NCBI GenBank assembly: GCA_963705305.1 | Contig: OY970067.1 | Span: 5,120,001 to 5,184,000 of the forward strand | DNA length: 64,000 nt | DNA from: an uncultured Methylomirabilota bacterium | GTDB taxonomy: Bacteria > Methylomirabilota > Methylomirabilia > Methylomirabilales > 2-02-FULL-66-22 | Direction: 5' to 3' | Shown here: piece by piece, positions 43,048-51,894 of the stretch | How the letters are laid out: each line of letters opens with the position of its first letter | Numbering within the stretch: position 1 is the first letter of the stretch | Position numbers and translations under genes: made by a program | Notes under the pieces: model-generated | What the model was told of the DNA's origin: nothing | Seen by the model: only the letters and a program-made list of their open reading frames with translations | The model's database searches: none

Positions 43048-45786
43048 TGAGACGTTCGAGCCCCCGCCATCCTCTGTTCGTTACTGGGCCTCTGGCTCGT
43101 CGGTGCGGCCGGCGCGGCCGGGGGCCAGGAATCCCCCGTCCCAATCGTCACGGGGATCCAGCTGGTCGCCCCGTACCGCATCCCCGAGTCACTGGTGCGT
43201 GAGGCCATCGGATCGCTGGCCAGCCGGCCCCGCTCCCGCTCCGCCATCCGCGAAAGTCTGGATCGCCTCTGGGCGCTGGGCCTTTTCGCGGAGGTATGGG
43301 TGGACGAGGCGATCCAGGGAGACGGGGTCCGGCTTGACTTCCACCTTCTCCGCCGTCCCTTCGTCCAGAGCCTGGTGTGGACGGGAGAGGCGGGGCTGAG
43401 CGACGCCGAGGCGGCAGATGCCGCCGGGCTCGAGCTAGGCGGCGACGCCGTCCCCTCCCGCCTGGACGAGGCCCGGCAGCGGCTTCTGGAATGGTACCGC
43501 ACTCAGGGGTTCTTTGCGGCCGATGTGCGCTTCGAGGTCTCCGCGGATTCCGACACCAATGGTCGGGATATCACCATGATCCTCCGAGCGGGCGAGCAGG
43601 CGCGGGTGGGATCGGTGCGAATCCAGGGGGGCGACGGAATCCCGACCACGGAGCTGGCGAAAAGCTTCGGCATGACCCGCGGAGACCGCTACACCGAGGC
43701 CGCGGCCAAGAAAGGGCTTCAAGCCGTTGAGGAGCGGCTGCAGGAGGCGGACTACTTCGAATCCCGGGTCACGATGAAACCGGTCGAGTGGGACCGCCAG
43801 ACCAACCGGACCAGCCTGGAGCTGGAGGTGGCCGCAGGCCCCAAGTTCCGCGTCGAGTTCAGCGGAAACCGCCATCTCGCCGCCTCGGCGCTTCGAAAGC
43901 GCCTGACCTTTTCTTCCCTCGGCATCGTCGACGAGGGGGAGATTCGTACCAGCGCGCGCACCTTGGAGGCGGCCTATCAGGAAGAGGGCTATCATTTTGT
44001 CCAGGTCACGGGCAGCCTCCGCCGCGAGGGAGAGGCTGGCGTGATCAGGTTCCAGATCACCGAAGGACCGCGCGTGAAGGTCGAGTCGGTCGCCGTCCGG
44101 GGCAACCGGGCCTTTCCCGCCGGCCGCCTGCAAGCGCTCATAGGGACGCAGCCCTCCGGACTCATCGGCTCGGGCTACTTCCGGCAGGATGTCCTCGAGC
44201 AGGACATGCAGCTTCTGGTCGCGTTCTACCGCTCCCAGGGATTCTCCCGCGCCGCGGCGGGACCGCCCGAGGTGCAGTTTACATCCCGCGATACCCGCGC
44301 CCGCGTCGTCATTCCCATCGCGGAGGGCCCGCGCCTCGTCGTGGGAAACATCCGCATCCAGAGCGGGACTCGGATCCCTGCCGAGGCCCTCCGGATCGCC
44401 CTTGCCCTCACGCCCGGATCGCCGTGGGATCCGGCCAAGGCCGAGCAGGGCCGCCGGGAGGTGGAGCACCGCTACGCCACGCAGGGCTACCTGGCCGCCG
44501 GCGTGGCCCTGGAGACGAGCCGGCGGGACGGACGTGTCGATGTTCTCCTGCGCGTTCAGGAGGGGCCGCAGACGCGGATCGGCCGCATCCTCATCAGCGG
44601 CCTGGTCCTGACCCAGGAACCGATCGTGCGCCGCGAGCTCCCCTTTGGCCCGGGCGACCCCTTCGACCCCGCCAAGCTGCTGGAGGCGGAGCGGCGCCTG
44701 TCGAGCCTGGGGATCTTCGATCGGGTCCGGGTCGGACCGCTCCAGCCTCCGCCGGCTCCATTCGCCGATGTGGACATCACCGTCCTGGAGGGCAAGCCAT
44801 GGCGGGCGCAGTTCGGCCTCGGCTACAGCACCGAGGAGGGCGCGCGGGGCTCGGCGCAGGTGGGGCACAACAACCTGTTCGGAACGGATCGGAGCCTCCG
44901 CCTCGAGGAAAAGGTGAGTCAGATGCTGGAGCAAACCAGCCTCACCTATGTCGAGCCCCGGCTGCTGGGAACGGACTGGAAAGGCGAGGCCACCGCCTCG
45001 CGGGAACGGCAGAAGGAGATCGGCTATCGGCTCGAGCAGGCCGGGGAGACGCTGGGGATTCGGCGCGATCTCTTCCCGGAGAGCATCTCAGGACTGAGCA
45101 CCGCGCTGCGCTACCGATTGGACCAGGTCCGGCGGTTTGATGTGGACACCTCCCTGGCCGCTGCCGATGTGGTGGCGGGCAGTCAGCTGGTGGCCAGCCT
45201 CACCCCCTCGCTGGTCCTGGACCGGCGGGACAGTCCCATCAACCCCACCCGGGGGAGTCTCAACCTGCTGTCGCTGGAAGGAGGCGGCAACCCGCTGGGC
45301 AGCGAGGTGAATTTCCTCAAGTCCGTCATGGAGACCCACTGGTTCCTGGACCCGCTTCCCCCCACCGTGCTGGCCCTGTCGGGCCGGCTGGGGCTGGCGA
45401 CCCCGCTGGGAAACACTCCGGACCTAGCCGTCGAAGATCGGTTCCTTGCCGGCGGCAGCACCACGATCCGCGGCTACCGGTTGAACAGGGTGGGCCCCCA
45501 CGATTCCTCTGGCAACCCGACGGGTGGCGACGCGCTGGTGCTGCTCAACGCCGAGTGGCGATTCCCCATCTGGCGCTTTCTGGGCGGGGCCCTGTTCGTG
45601 GATTCGGGAGCGGTCACGCCGAGTGTCGGCGATCTGGGGCAGGCCGCCTTCAAGACGGGGGTCGGCGCGGGCCTGCGACTGGCCACGCCCGTCGGGCCCG
45701 TGCGATTCGACGCGGGGTACGGTTTGAACCGCATCCCCGGTGAGGATCAATGGCAACTCTACTTCAGCGTCGGCTATCCGTTCTGA
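43047..45786 (+). CDS. Omp85 family (BamA/TamA-like) outer-membrane protein; apparent frameshift in C5 run at 43061-43065
   Basis: Multiple POTRA repeats, RFLAGGSTTIRGY, GVGAGLRLATPVGPVRFD, terminal YFSVGYPF; signal peptide AILCSLLGLWLVGAAGA is in frame upstream of 43195 but the ATG at 43047 is out of frame. Confidence 0.9.
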
Positions 45787-46445
45787 GAGGCCTCGGGCTG
45801 GCGCTCACGCTCGTCGGCCTGTGTCTCCCGGCGGCGCGCGCTGCGGACACCGACTTTATGGATGCGGTGGTGGCCGAGCTGGACGGTGCGGCCGTCACCG
45901 CCAGCGACATCGCCCTGGCCAGGGCGCTCGGCCTGTTCGACCTCCGTCCGTCCTCCGCACCCATCGACGCCGCCGAGGCAAATCGGTATCTGGATGCCCG
46001 GCTGGTCGAGGGGGAGGCCGTGCGCCTGGGCATCCAGGGATCGCCCGATGAGATGGCGGCAGCCTGGAAGGCCGCCGCCGCGCGGGTGGGCGGAATGGCC
46101 GCGCTGACCGCCTGGCTCGACCGGAACGGCATCGATGCCGCCTGGGCTCGCCGCCTGATCGCCGAGGACCTGCGCCGCGAGCGCTACATCGAGCTCCGCT
46201 TCCGGACCTTCGCCTTCGTGTCCGAGGCGGATGTGGACGCGGCCCTCGGATCCGGCCCGCACGCCCCCGAGGAGCGGCTGCGCACCCGCCGGAAACTCAC
46301 CGATGAGGCGATGCAGCGCAGCCTCTCGCAGTGGCTGAGCGCGGCCCGCCGCGAGGCCCGGATCCGTCTCGTCCCTCAGGCGATCCCCTCGCCGCTTCCC
46401 TTCCCCATGCCCGGCGGCCCGGCAACCCCATCGGCACACGATTAG
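45750..46445 (+). CDS. Periplasmic protein, SurA N-terminal-like chaperone
   Basis: Signal peptide; DAVVAELDG..VTASDI start and WL..ARREARIR end resemble SurA-N folds; follows the Omp85 gene. Confidence 0.6.
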   Translation: MATLLQRRLSVLRGLGLALTLVGLCLPAARAADTDFMDAVVAELDGAAVTASDIALARALGLFDLRPSSAPIDAAEANRYLDARLVEGEAVRLGIQGSPDEMAAAWKAAAARVGGMAALTAWLDRNGIDAAWARRLIAEDLRRERYIELRFRTFAFVSEADVDAALGSGPHAPEERLRTRRKLTDEAMQRSLSQWLSAARREARIRLVPQAIPSPLPFPMPGGPATPSAHD

Positions 46446-46473
46446 CACAATGCTCAAATGCCCGCTTTCGCCC

Positions 46474-46742
46474 AGACTGATCAAAAAGGCCCAGATGTCC
46501 CTCGACCTGGCTCGGGACCATGAGCCTGTCGAATGGCAAGGCGCCGTCACCCATCCCTCGGGATGGGTACCCGCCGCGGGGTACCCACCGGAGGTGGGTC
46601 GGAGGCGTACTTACCTGAACGTCGCAGCGCCGCGGGAGCGCGGGGGGTACCCGTCCGAAGGATGGGCACCCATCAGATGGGCACCCATCAGATGGGCACC
46701 CATCAGATGGGTACCCGGCAGACGGGCCTTTTTCAGCAGCCT
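46474..46742. mobile_element. MITE-like element, copy 3, expanded (269 bp)
   Basis: IRs AGACTGATCAAAAAGGCCCA / CGGGCCTTTTTCAGCAGCCT; shares GCAAGGCGCCGT, GAGGCGTAC and ACGTCGCAGCGCCGCGGGAGCGCG with copies 1-2; extra hairpins inserted. Confidence 0.8.
46661..46711. repeat. Tandem palindromic 15-mer (GATGGGCACCCATCA)x3 plus partial copy
   Basis: Direct reading; each unit contains GATGGG/CCCATC. Confidence 0.9.
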
Positions 46743-46743
46743 G

Positions 46744-47752
46744 CTAGGCCTGCAGGCCGTACCGCGAGAGCGCGGCCCCGACGATCTCGCAGATCGTCTC
46801 GGGGTGGGTGCGGCCCGAGGCGCGGGCCCCGCGGATGAAATCGGCCGTCGTGTGCAGGTACGGGTTCGGATTGGCCTCGATCAGATAGACCTTGTGGTCC
46901 TCGGTGATGCGGAAGTCGAAGCGGGCATAGTCCCGCAACTGGAGCGCCTGGAAGCTGGTGACGGCGGCGTTCTGCGCCGCCTCCACGATATCGGCGGGCA
47001 GATCCTCGGGGATCCGGTACTTGCTCCCCCGATAGGCGCGCGTCCCCTCATACCACTTCACCTCGGTCCCGGCGATCCGGGGGGTGCCTTCGGGGAGGTG
47101 GGACAGATCCAGCTCGACCAGGGGAAAAGCTTTGGCGTCGGCGTTGCCCAGGACCCCGATGTAAACTTCCCGCCCATCGATGTACTGCTCGATCAGCACC
47201 GGATTGTCGAAATCGGCGTGCAGCTGATCGATCCGCTCCATGAGAATCCTTGATGCTCTCCACCAGCGCGCTGAAGCCGATCCCGATTGAGCCGTCCTCC
47301 CGCCCCGGCTTGACGATCACCGGAAAGTCGATGTCGTGCGCCCAGTCCAGCCGGCCCCGGAAGACGGTGACGAACTTCGGCGTCAGGATGCCGTGGAACT
47401 GCAGGACCTTCTTGGTCAGGGCCTTGTCCATGGCCAGGGACAGGCCGCGCGGTCCCGACCCCGTGTACCGCAGCCCCAGCAACTCGTAGTAGGCGGCCAC
47501 GTACGGTTCCTTGGTGTCGTCGTCCCCGAAGGATTCCACCAGGTTGAACAGGATGTCCGCCTGCACGTCCCGCATCCGGGCGAGACAGTCCTTGGTTCCG
47601 TCCACGACTACCGAGAACACCTCGTGGCCGGCGCGCTCCAGGACCTCGCGAATCTGCTGGACATCCGTCCGCCGGCGCCGCCGCCGCCCGGTCGCCTCGG
47701 CGGCGGGAGCCTCTTCAGGGGTGTGGGCGATCCCGATTCGCAGCGTCGCCAT
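46744..47752 (-). CDS. D-Ala-D-Ala ligase-like ATP-grasp protein; frameshift near 47245
   Basis: LLGLRYTGSGP, AMDKALTK, VIVKP..EDGSIGI (ORF 47048); EQYIDGRE, DYARFDFR, IEANPNP (ORF 46744); removing one T (GATTCTC to GATCTC) joins them. Confidence 0.88.
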
Positions 47753-48824
47753 GACTCTCCTCTCCCGCGGGGCGGGGGGAAGGTTTCGGAGGCCGGCGCA
47801 TGGGCGTCCGGGCCCGCGGGACGAAGCTCCCCCGCGTCAGGTAATTCATGGTCAGGGTCGTGGTGTACGCGGTCAATTCCAGGAGGACGGTGCACTCTCT
47901 GCGGATCTCCACGTGCAGCTGCATCCGCTCCGCCGCCTGCTCGATGCTGTCCACAAGGGCCCGGACCGCGCTCCGGCGGACGCCGGTCCAGTACTCCACC
48001 TTGCCGATGAGCTCCATCCGGTAATCCCGGACCATCTCCCAGGCGGGGCGGATGCCGCGCTTCCGGCGGCCCTTTCGAATGAAGAAATCCGGCAGGTCGT
48101 TCTCCAGGGCCACGTCCACCGGGGTCACCTCCCCCTGGTTGGCCCGGAAGAACTCCTCCACGGTCATGTCCATCTCCGCCACCGTGATGTCGGTGGAGGC
48201 GAGCCGGACCGGCGGCTCCTGGTCGGCCACCGCCCGGGCGATCCGGTGCACGTAGCGCAGCTTGCGCAGCGCCGGCCAGCCCCGGTAGCGCACGCGCCAG
48301 CGCGAACCGGGTGTGAGCCAGACGGCGAACGTCTCGGCGAAGTCGTCGTCCGGATGCTTCTGGGCATACCACCCCTCGATATGCCGGACGAAGTTCCGAT
48401 CGAAGGGGACGGGCCGATAGCGGTCGCGGTAGGGGCGGTTGAAGGGGCCGAACAGCTCGCGCCATTCCGGCGTCTCGTAGATCTTGTAGGCGTAATTGAA
48501 GGCGTGGCCGGCCTCGTGGCGCAGGTACATGCGGATCTCCCGCTCATCCTCGAGGTCGTCGATCTCCTTCTCCAGGCGGGCCAGATCGGCGTCTGCCAAG
48601 TAGAACGGGATCCCGATGATCGGCTCCCCTGACGGACAGCCCCACTCGTCCGTCAGGTAGCACGGCGGCCGAAAATGCTTGAGGCCCTTCCGCTCGATCT
48701 CGCGGTAGAGCTTCTGCACGTACCGCTCGACTGGCGACCCTTCAAGCTTGAGTCCGAGCTGGCTGATACGCTGGGAGAGGAGAGGCCGCAGGCTTGGCAA
48801 GGTGCTCTCAAATGTCCGCATCAT
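47715..48824 (-). CDS. Putative zinc-binding metallopeptidase (Peptidase_Mx-like)
   Basis: IPFYL, RHEAGH (HExxH), YAQKHPDDDFAETFAVWL. Confidence 0.85.
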   Translation of the reverse strand: MMRTFESTLPSLRPLLSQRISQLGLKLEGSPVERYVQKLYREIERKGLKHFRPPCYLTDEWGCPSGEPIIGIPFYLADADLARLEKEIDDLEDEREIRMYLRHEAGHAFNYAYKIYETPEWRELFGPFNRPYRDRYRPVPFDRNFVRHIEGWYAQKHPDDDFAETFAVWLTPGSRWRVRYRGWPALRKLRYVHRIARAVADQEPPVRLASTDITVAEMDMTVEEFFRANQGEVTPVDVALENDLPDFFIRKGRRKRGIRPAWEMVRDYRMELIGKVEYWTGVRRSAVRALVDSIEQAAERMQLHVEIRRECTVLLELTAYTTTLTMNYLTRGSFVPRARTPMRRPPKPSPRPAGEESHGDAANRDRPHP

Positions 48825-49120
48825 CTCTATAATGCCATGCCCGCGCCGTCATTTCAATGCCTGCATCCATTTGTTCCGATCACGACCCGGGGGTCGCGAC
48901 GATTCGGCCGAAAAGCCGGCTCTTGCACCTGCGCGGGCCTGGTCTTTCGTCGCAGCGGAGCTGCCAGGACTCGGCCCTTCTTGGTGCGATCCATGTCCGG
49001 TGCCGGGTACCGAGTCGTGCGTCTCCGCATCGTTAGGTTTCGAAACATGTCGCGATGCATCCTCTGCGGTCGGATTTGAGTGTTTTCCGAAATAGCTGTG
49101 CTCACAATAAGTTGCCGCGC

Positions 49121-49148
49121 TTGCAAAAGGGAATAAGCGATATATATT
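49121..49148 (+). promoter_or_regulatory. Putative sigma70 promoter
   Basis: TTGCAA-16nt-TATATT in an AT-rich patch ending just before the riboswitch. Confidence 0.55.
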
Positions 49149-49156
49149 AGTAGGTG

Positions 49157-49270
49157 AGAGGGGAGTAGATCTTTCCTCACTGGTCTGGTGGGTTCGTCAG
49201 CACGACCGTCATTGAAGCTGCGGTCCGGCTCACCAGACGCGGGGCGGAAGGCCCCAAGATCGAGACCTCT
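49157..49270 (+). ncRNA. yybP-ykoY (Mn2+) riboswitch aptamer
   Basis: AGAGG-GGAGTA-GATCTT ... TCGTCAGCACGA ... CCGG ... AAGATC-GAGA-CCTCT: P1/L1 and L3 signatures with pairing stems; TerC gene downstream. Confidence 0.88.
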
Positions 49271-49301
49271 TGCGTGGAGTGGCACGCAAGAGGTTTTTTT
49301 T
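49266..49301 (+). terminator. Intrinsic terminator overlapping riboswitch P1 (expression platform)
   Basis: CCTCTTGCGTG-GAGTGG-CACGCAAGAGG followed by T8. Confidence 0.9.
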
Positions 49302-49386
49302 ATCCCCCGATGCCATGACGACCTCCGGCAGGCCCACGGGAGACTCGCAGCCCCACGCCGCTACCCCACGCGGAGAGGAGGGAAAG

Positions 49387-49803
49387 ATGCCCGTCCTTGA
49401 CAGTGTGGGAGAGATTTCCGGCCGCTTGCAGGGCAATGCCTGCAGCCATACCAGGGGCCAGATCGAGGCTGAGATCAGCAAGGCCATTATCCGATTTGAC
49501 TGCCAGCACCTGGGACGGGGCCCGGCGGACGTCCGGACGCGGATCGTGCAGGACATGATCATCGTCCGCTCCATCGACGTCCTGACCCCCTCCGAGCACG
49601 CCCTGATCAAGGTGGGGAGCGTGGAGCTGGTGAAGCAGGTGCGGTCGAAGCTCTACGAGAGTCACCGGGAGGAGCTGATCCGAACTCTCCGCAACCTGAC
49701 CGGATGCGAGATCATCAGCATGCACCGCGACCTCAGCACGCGGACGGGGGAGCGGTTGATTGTGTTCGTCACGCGTGAGAATGTGGAGGCGCTATTCCGG
49801 TGA
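49387..49803 (+). CDS. DUF2294 / MpsC-family protein, copy 1
   Basis: TRGQIEAEISKAIIRF..LGRGP..VLTPSE..LVKQVR..LTGCEIISMH.DLSTRTGER.IVF; GAGGAGG RBS. Confidence 0.88.
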   Translation: MPVLDSVGEISGRLQGNACSHTRGQIEAEISKAIIRFDCQHLGRGPADVRTRIVQDMIIVRSIDVLTPSEHALIKVGSVELVKQVRSKLYESHREELIRTLRNLTGCEIISMHRDLSTRTGERLIVFVTRENVEALFR

Positions 49804-49848
49804 GAGGCGAACGACCCACGGGCGATCTTCTTTCCTGGCCGTTTCCGC

Positions 49849-49877
49849 TTGACAGGAAGGCAGGTCTGCCTGATTCT
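49849..49877 (+). promoter_or_regulatory. Possible internal sigma70 promoter
   Basis: Perfect TTGACA, 17 nt, weak -10 GATTCT, about 35 nt before the repeated leader. Confidence 0.4.
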
Positions 49878-49913
49878 TAAGTTGAGTGGGCTAGCTAGCT
49901 GGCTACCAAAGAC

Positions 49914-50011
49914 CGGCGGACGAGACGAAGGGTAGCCCTCGCGGGGCGACCAGCAGTAGCGTAGGCCGGCACGGGGATATGAAGGAATCCCTGTGCCGGC
50001 CTATGTTTTTT
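49914..50011 (+). ncRNA. Unrecognised structured leader plus terminator, copy A (riboswitch candidate)
   Basis: CGGCGGACGAGACGAAGGGTA-hairpin-GGGCGACCAGCAGTAGCGTAGGCCGGCA running into a 17-bp stem and T tract. Confidence 0.7.
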
Positions 50012-50192
50012 CTCGGGCCCGCATGTTTCGGCAAGGTGGAGGCGACCCAGGTACACTACGGCTCGAATCCGGACGGGGACGGAAGGGCGGAGAGGACAAG
50101 CATCGACTTTTCCCGGGGAGCGAAACAGGAGCGAACTGGAGCATCACGGGGATCCGCGTTTCAGCACGAGACCTGGAAAGGGGGTGGCAGAG

Positions 50193-50606
50193 ATGCCCGC
50201 TCTTGGCAGCGTGGGAGAGGTGACCGGTCGAGTGAAAGGCGCCGTGTCTTCCCGAACGAAGGGGCAGATCGAGGCCGAGGTCAGCAAGGCGATCATCCGG
50301 TTTGACCGCGAGCACTGGGGACGGGGCCCGGCGGACGTTCGGACGCGGATCGTGCAGGACATGGTCATCGTCCGCTCCATCGACGTCCTGACCCCCTCCG
50401 AGCACACGCTGGTCAAGACCGGGAGCGTGGATCTGGTGAAACAGGTCCGATCTAAACTGTACGAGAGCCACCAAGCGGAGCTTTACCGGATGCTTCGCGG
50501 GCTGACCGGCTGCGAGGTCATCAGCATGCATAGCGACCTCAGCACGCGGACCGGGGAGCGCTTCATCGTGTTCATCCTGGGCGAGAATCTGGAGCAGCGC
50601 ATGTAG
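50193..50606 (+). CDS. DUF2294 / MpsC-family protein, copy 2
   Basis: Roughly three-quarters identical by eye to 49387..49803. Confidence 0.88.
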   Translation: MPALGSVGEVTGRVKGAVSSRTKGQIEAEVSKAIIRFDREHWGRGPADVRTRIVQDMVIVRSIDVLTPSEHTLVKTGSVDLVKQVRSKLYESHQAELYRMLRGLTGCEVISMHSDLSTRTGERFIVFILGENLEQRM

Positions 50607-50639
50607 CGGCGCGCGAGCAGCGACACGGTCCGGACGACA

Positions 50640-50738
50640 CGGCGGACGAGACGAAGGGTAACCCCGGCGGGCGACCAGCAGTAGCGTAGGCCGGCAGAGG
50701 GATCACACTGGGATTCCTGTGCCGGCCTTTCGTTTCTT
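50640..50738 (+). ncRNA. Unrecognised structured leader plus terminator, copy B (riboswitch candidate)
   Basis: Same 21-nt and 28-nt blocks as copy A, different hairpin loops, stem followed by TTTCGTTTCTT; directly upstream of terC. Confidence 0.7.
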
Positions 50739-50794
50739 GGGATCCACAGACGCGGGGGCAATGGTGATGGGAATCTGATCCGAGGAGGTGAGAC

Positions 50795-51832
50795 GTGGAC
50801 GCGCACTGGTTGTGGCTGGTGTTCGGCGTCGTTGTGCTGGCCATGCTGACGTTCGACATCGTGGTGTTCTGCCGAAGACCGCGCGTCCTGCCCCTCCGCC
50901 AGGCATTTCTCTGGAGCATGGCCTGGGTCTCCTTGGCCCTCATCTTCGCCGGGTCCGTATACGTCGTGGAGGGGCCCAATAAGGGACTGGAGTTCGTCAC
51001 CGGCTACCTGATCGAGTGGTCCCTGAGCATGGACAATCTGTTCGTGTTCCTGGTGATCTTCACCTATTTTGCCGTTCCCCAGATGTACATGCACCGCGTA
51101 CTCTTCTGGGGGATCATGCTGGCGGTGATCCTGCGGGGGTGCTTCATCGCCGCCGGGCTGACGCTCCTCGCCTACTTCCACTGGATCATGTACGTCTTCG
51201 GGGCTTTCCTGATCTTCACAGGCCTCAAGCTCTTGCGGCAGGGGGACGAGCACGTGGAGCCGGCGAGGAATCCGGTCCTCCGTCTGTTTCGCCGGTTCTT
51301 TGCGGTGACGCCCGACTATCACCAGCAGAATTTCTTCGTCAAGCTCAACGGGCACTGGCTGGCGACCCCCCTGACCCCGGTGTTCATCGTGATCGGCACC
51401 ACGGATATCATGTTCGCGGTGGACTCCATCCCGGCCATCTTCGCCATCACGCGGGACCCGTTCATTGTGTACACCTCCAACGTGTTTGCCGTCCTCGGCC
51501 TGCGGGGGCTGTTCTTCCTGCTGTCGGGGATCATGGGGCTCTTCCGCTTCTTCAAATACGGCCTTTCGGTCGTGTTGATGTTCGTCGGCGTCAAGATGCT
51601 GGTGGCGGACTACTATCACATCACCTCCGGGGTGTCCCTGGCGGCCGTTGTTTCGATTCTGGGCGCGTCGATCCTGATCTCCATCATCTTTCCCGAGCGT
51701 CCGGAGCCGGCACCTGCGCCCCTCGCCTGCTCGGAGGCCGATGCTTCCGTCGAAGAGACGGGCGAGGGTCGCGGCTGGACCGAGGCGAAGGACCGGGGTG
51801 CGGTCGGCGCGCGATCGCACACGGCCCGATGA
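50795..51832 (+). CDS. terC: TerC/Alx family membrane protein
   Basis: FVTGYLIEWSLSMDNLFVF, HRVLFWGI, ATPL, DIMFAVDSIPAIFAIT.DPFIVYTSNVFAVLGLR; GAGGAGG RBS. Confidence 0.93.
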   Translation: MDAHWLWLVFGVVVLAMLTFDIVVFCRRPRVLPLRQAFLWSMAWVSLALIFAGSVYVVEGPNKGLEFVTGYLIEWSLSMDNLFVFLVIFTYFAVPQMYMHRVLFWGIMLAVILRGCFIAAGLTLLAYFHWIMYVFGAFLIFTGLKLLRQGDEHVEPARNPVLRLFRRFFAVTPDYHQQNFFVKLNGHWLATPLTPVFIVIGTTDIMFAVDSIPAIFAITRDPFIVYTSNVFAVLGLRGLFFLLSGIMGLFRFFKYGLSVVLMFVGVKMLVADYYHITSGVSLAAVVSILGASILISIIFPERPEPAPAPLACSEADASVEETGEGRGWTEAKDRGAVGARSHTAR

Positions 51833-51894
51833 GGTGGGCGGAATGACGAGCTATCGACGCGGGAGAAACATCAGGCCAAAGGAAGGAGACGGTC

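Noticed and set aside
46661..46711. Palindromic direct repeats as a CRISPR array
   Set aside because: 15-bp units are contiguous with no spacers, lie inside a MITE, and no cas genes are present.
49914..50738. Repeated leader as a mini-CRISPR or as a guanidine-II/III riboswitch
   Set aside because: The copies are about 730 bp apart with a gene between them. The GGACGAG/ACGA words are not in paired ACGR-loop hairpins, and there are no guanidine-related genes.
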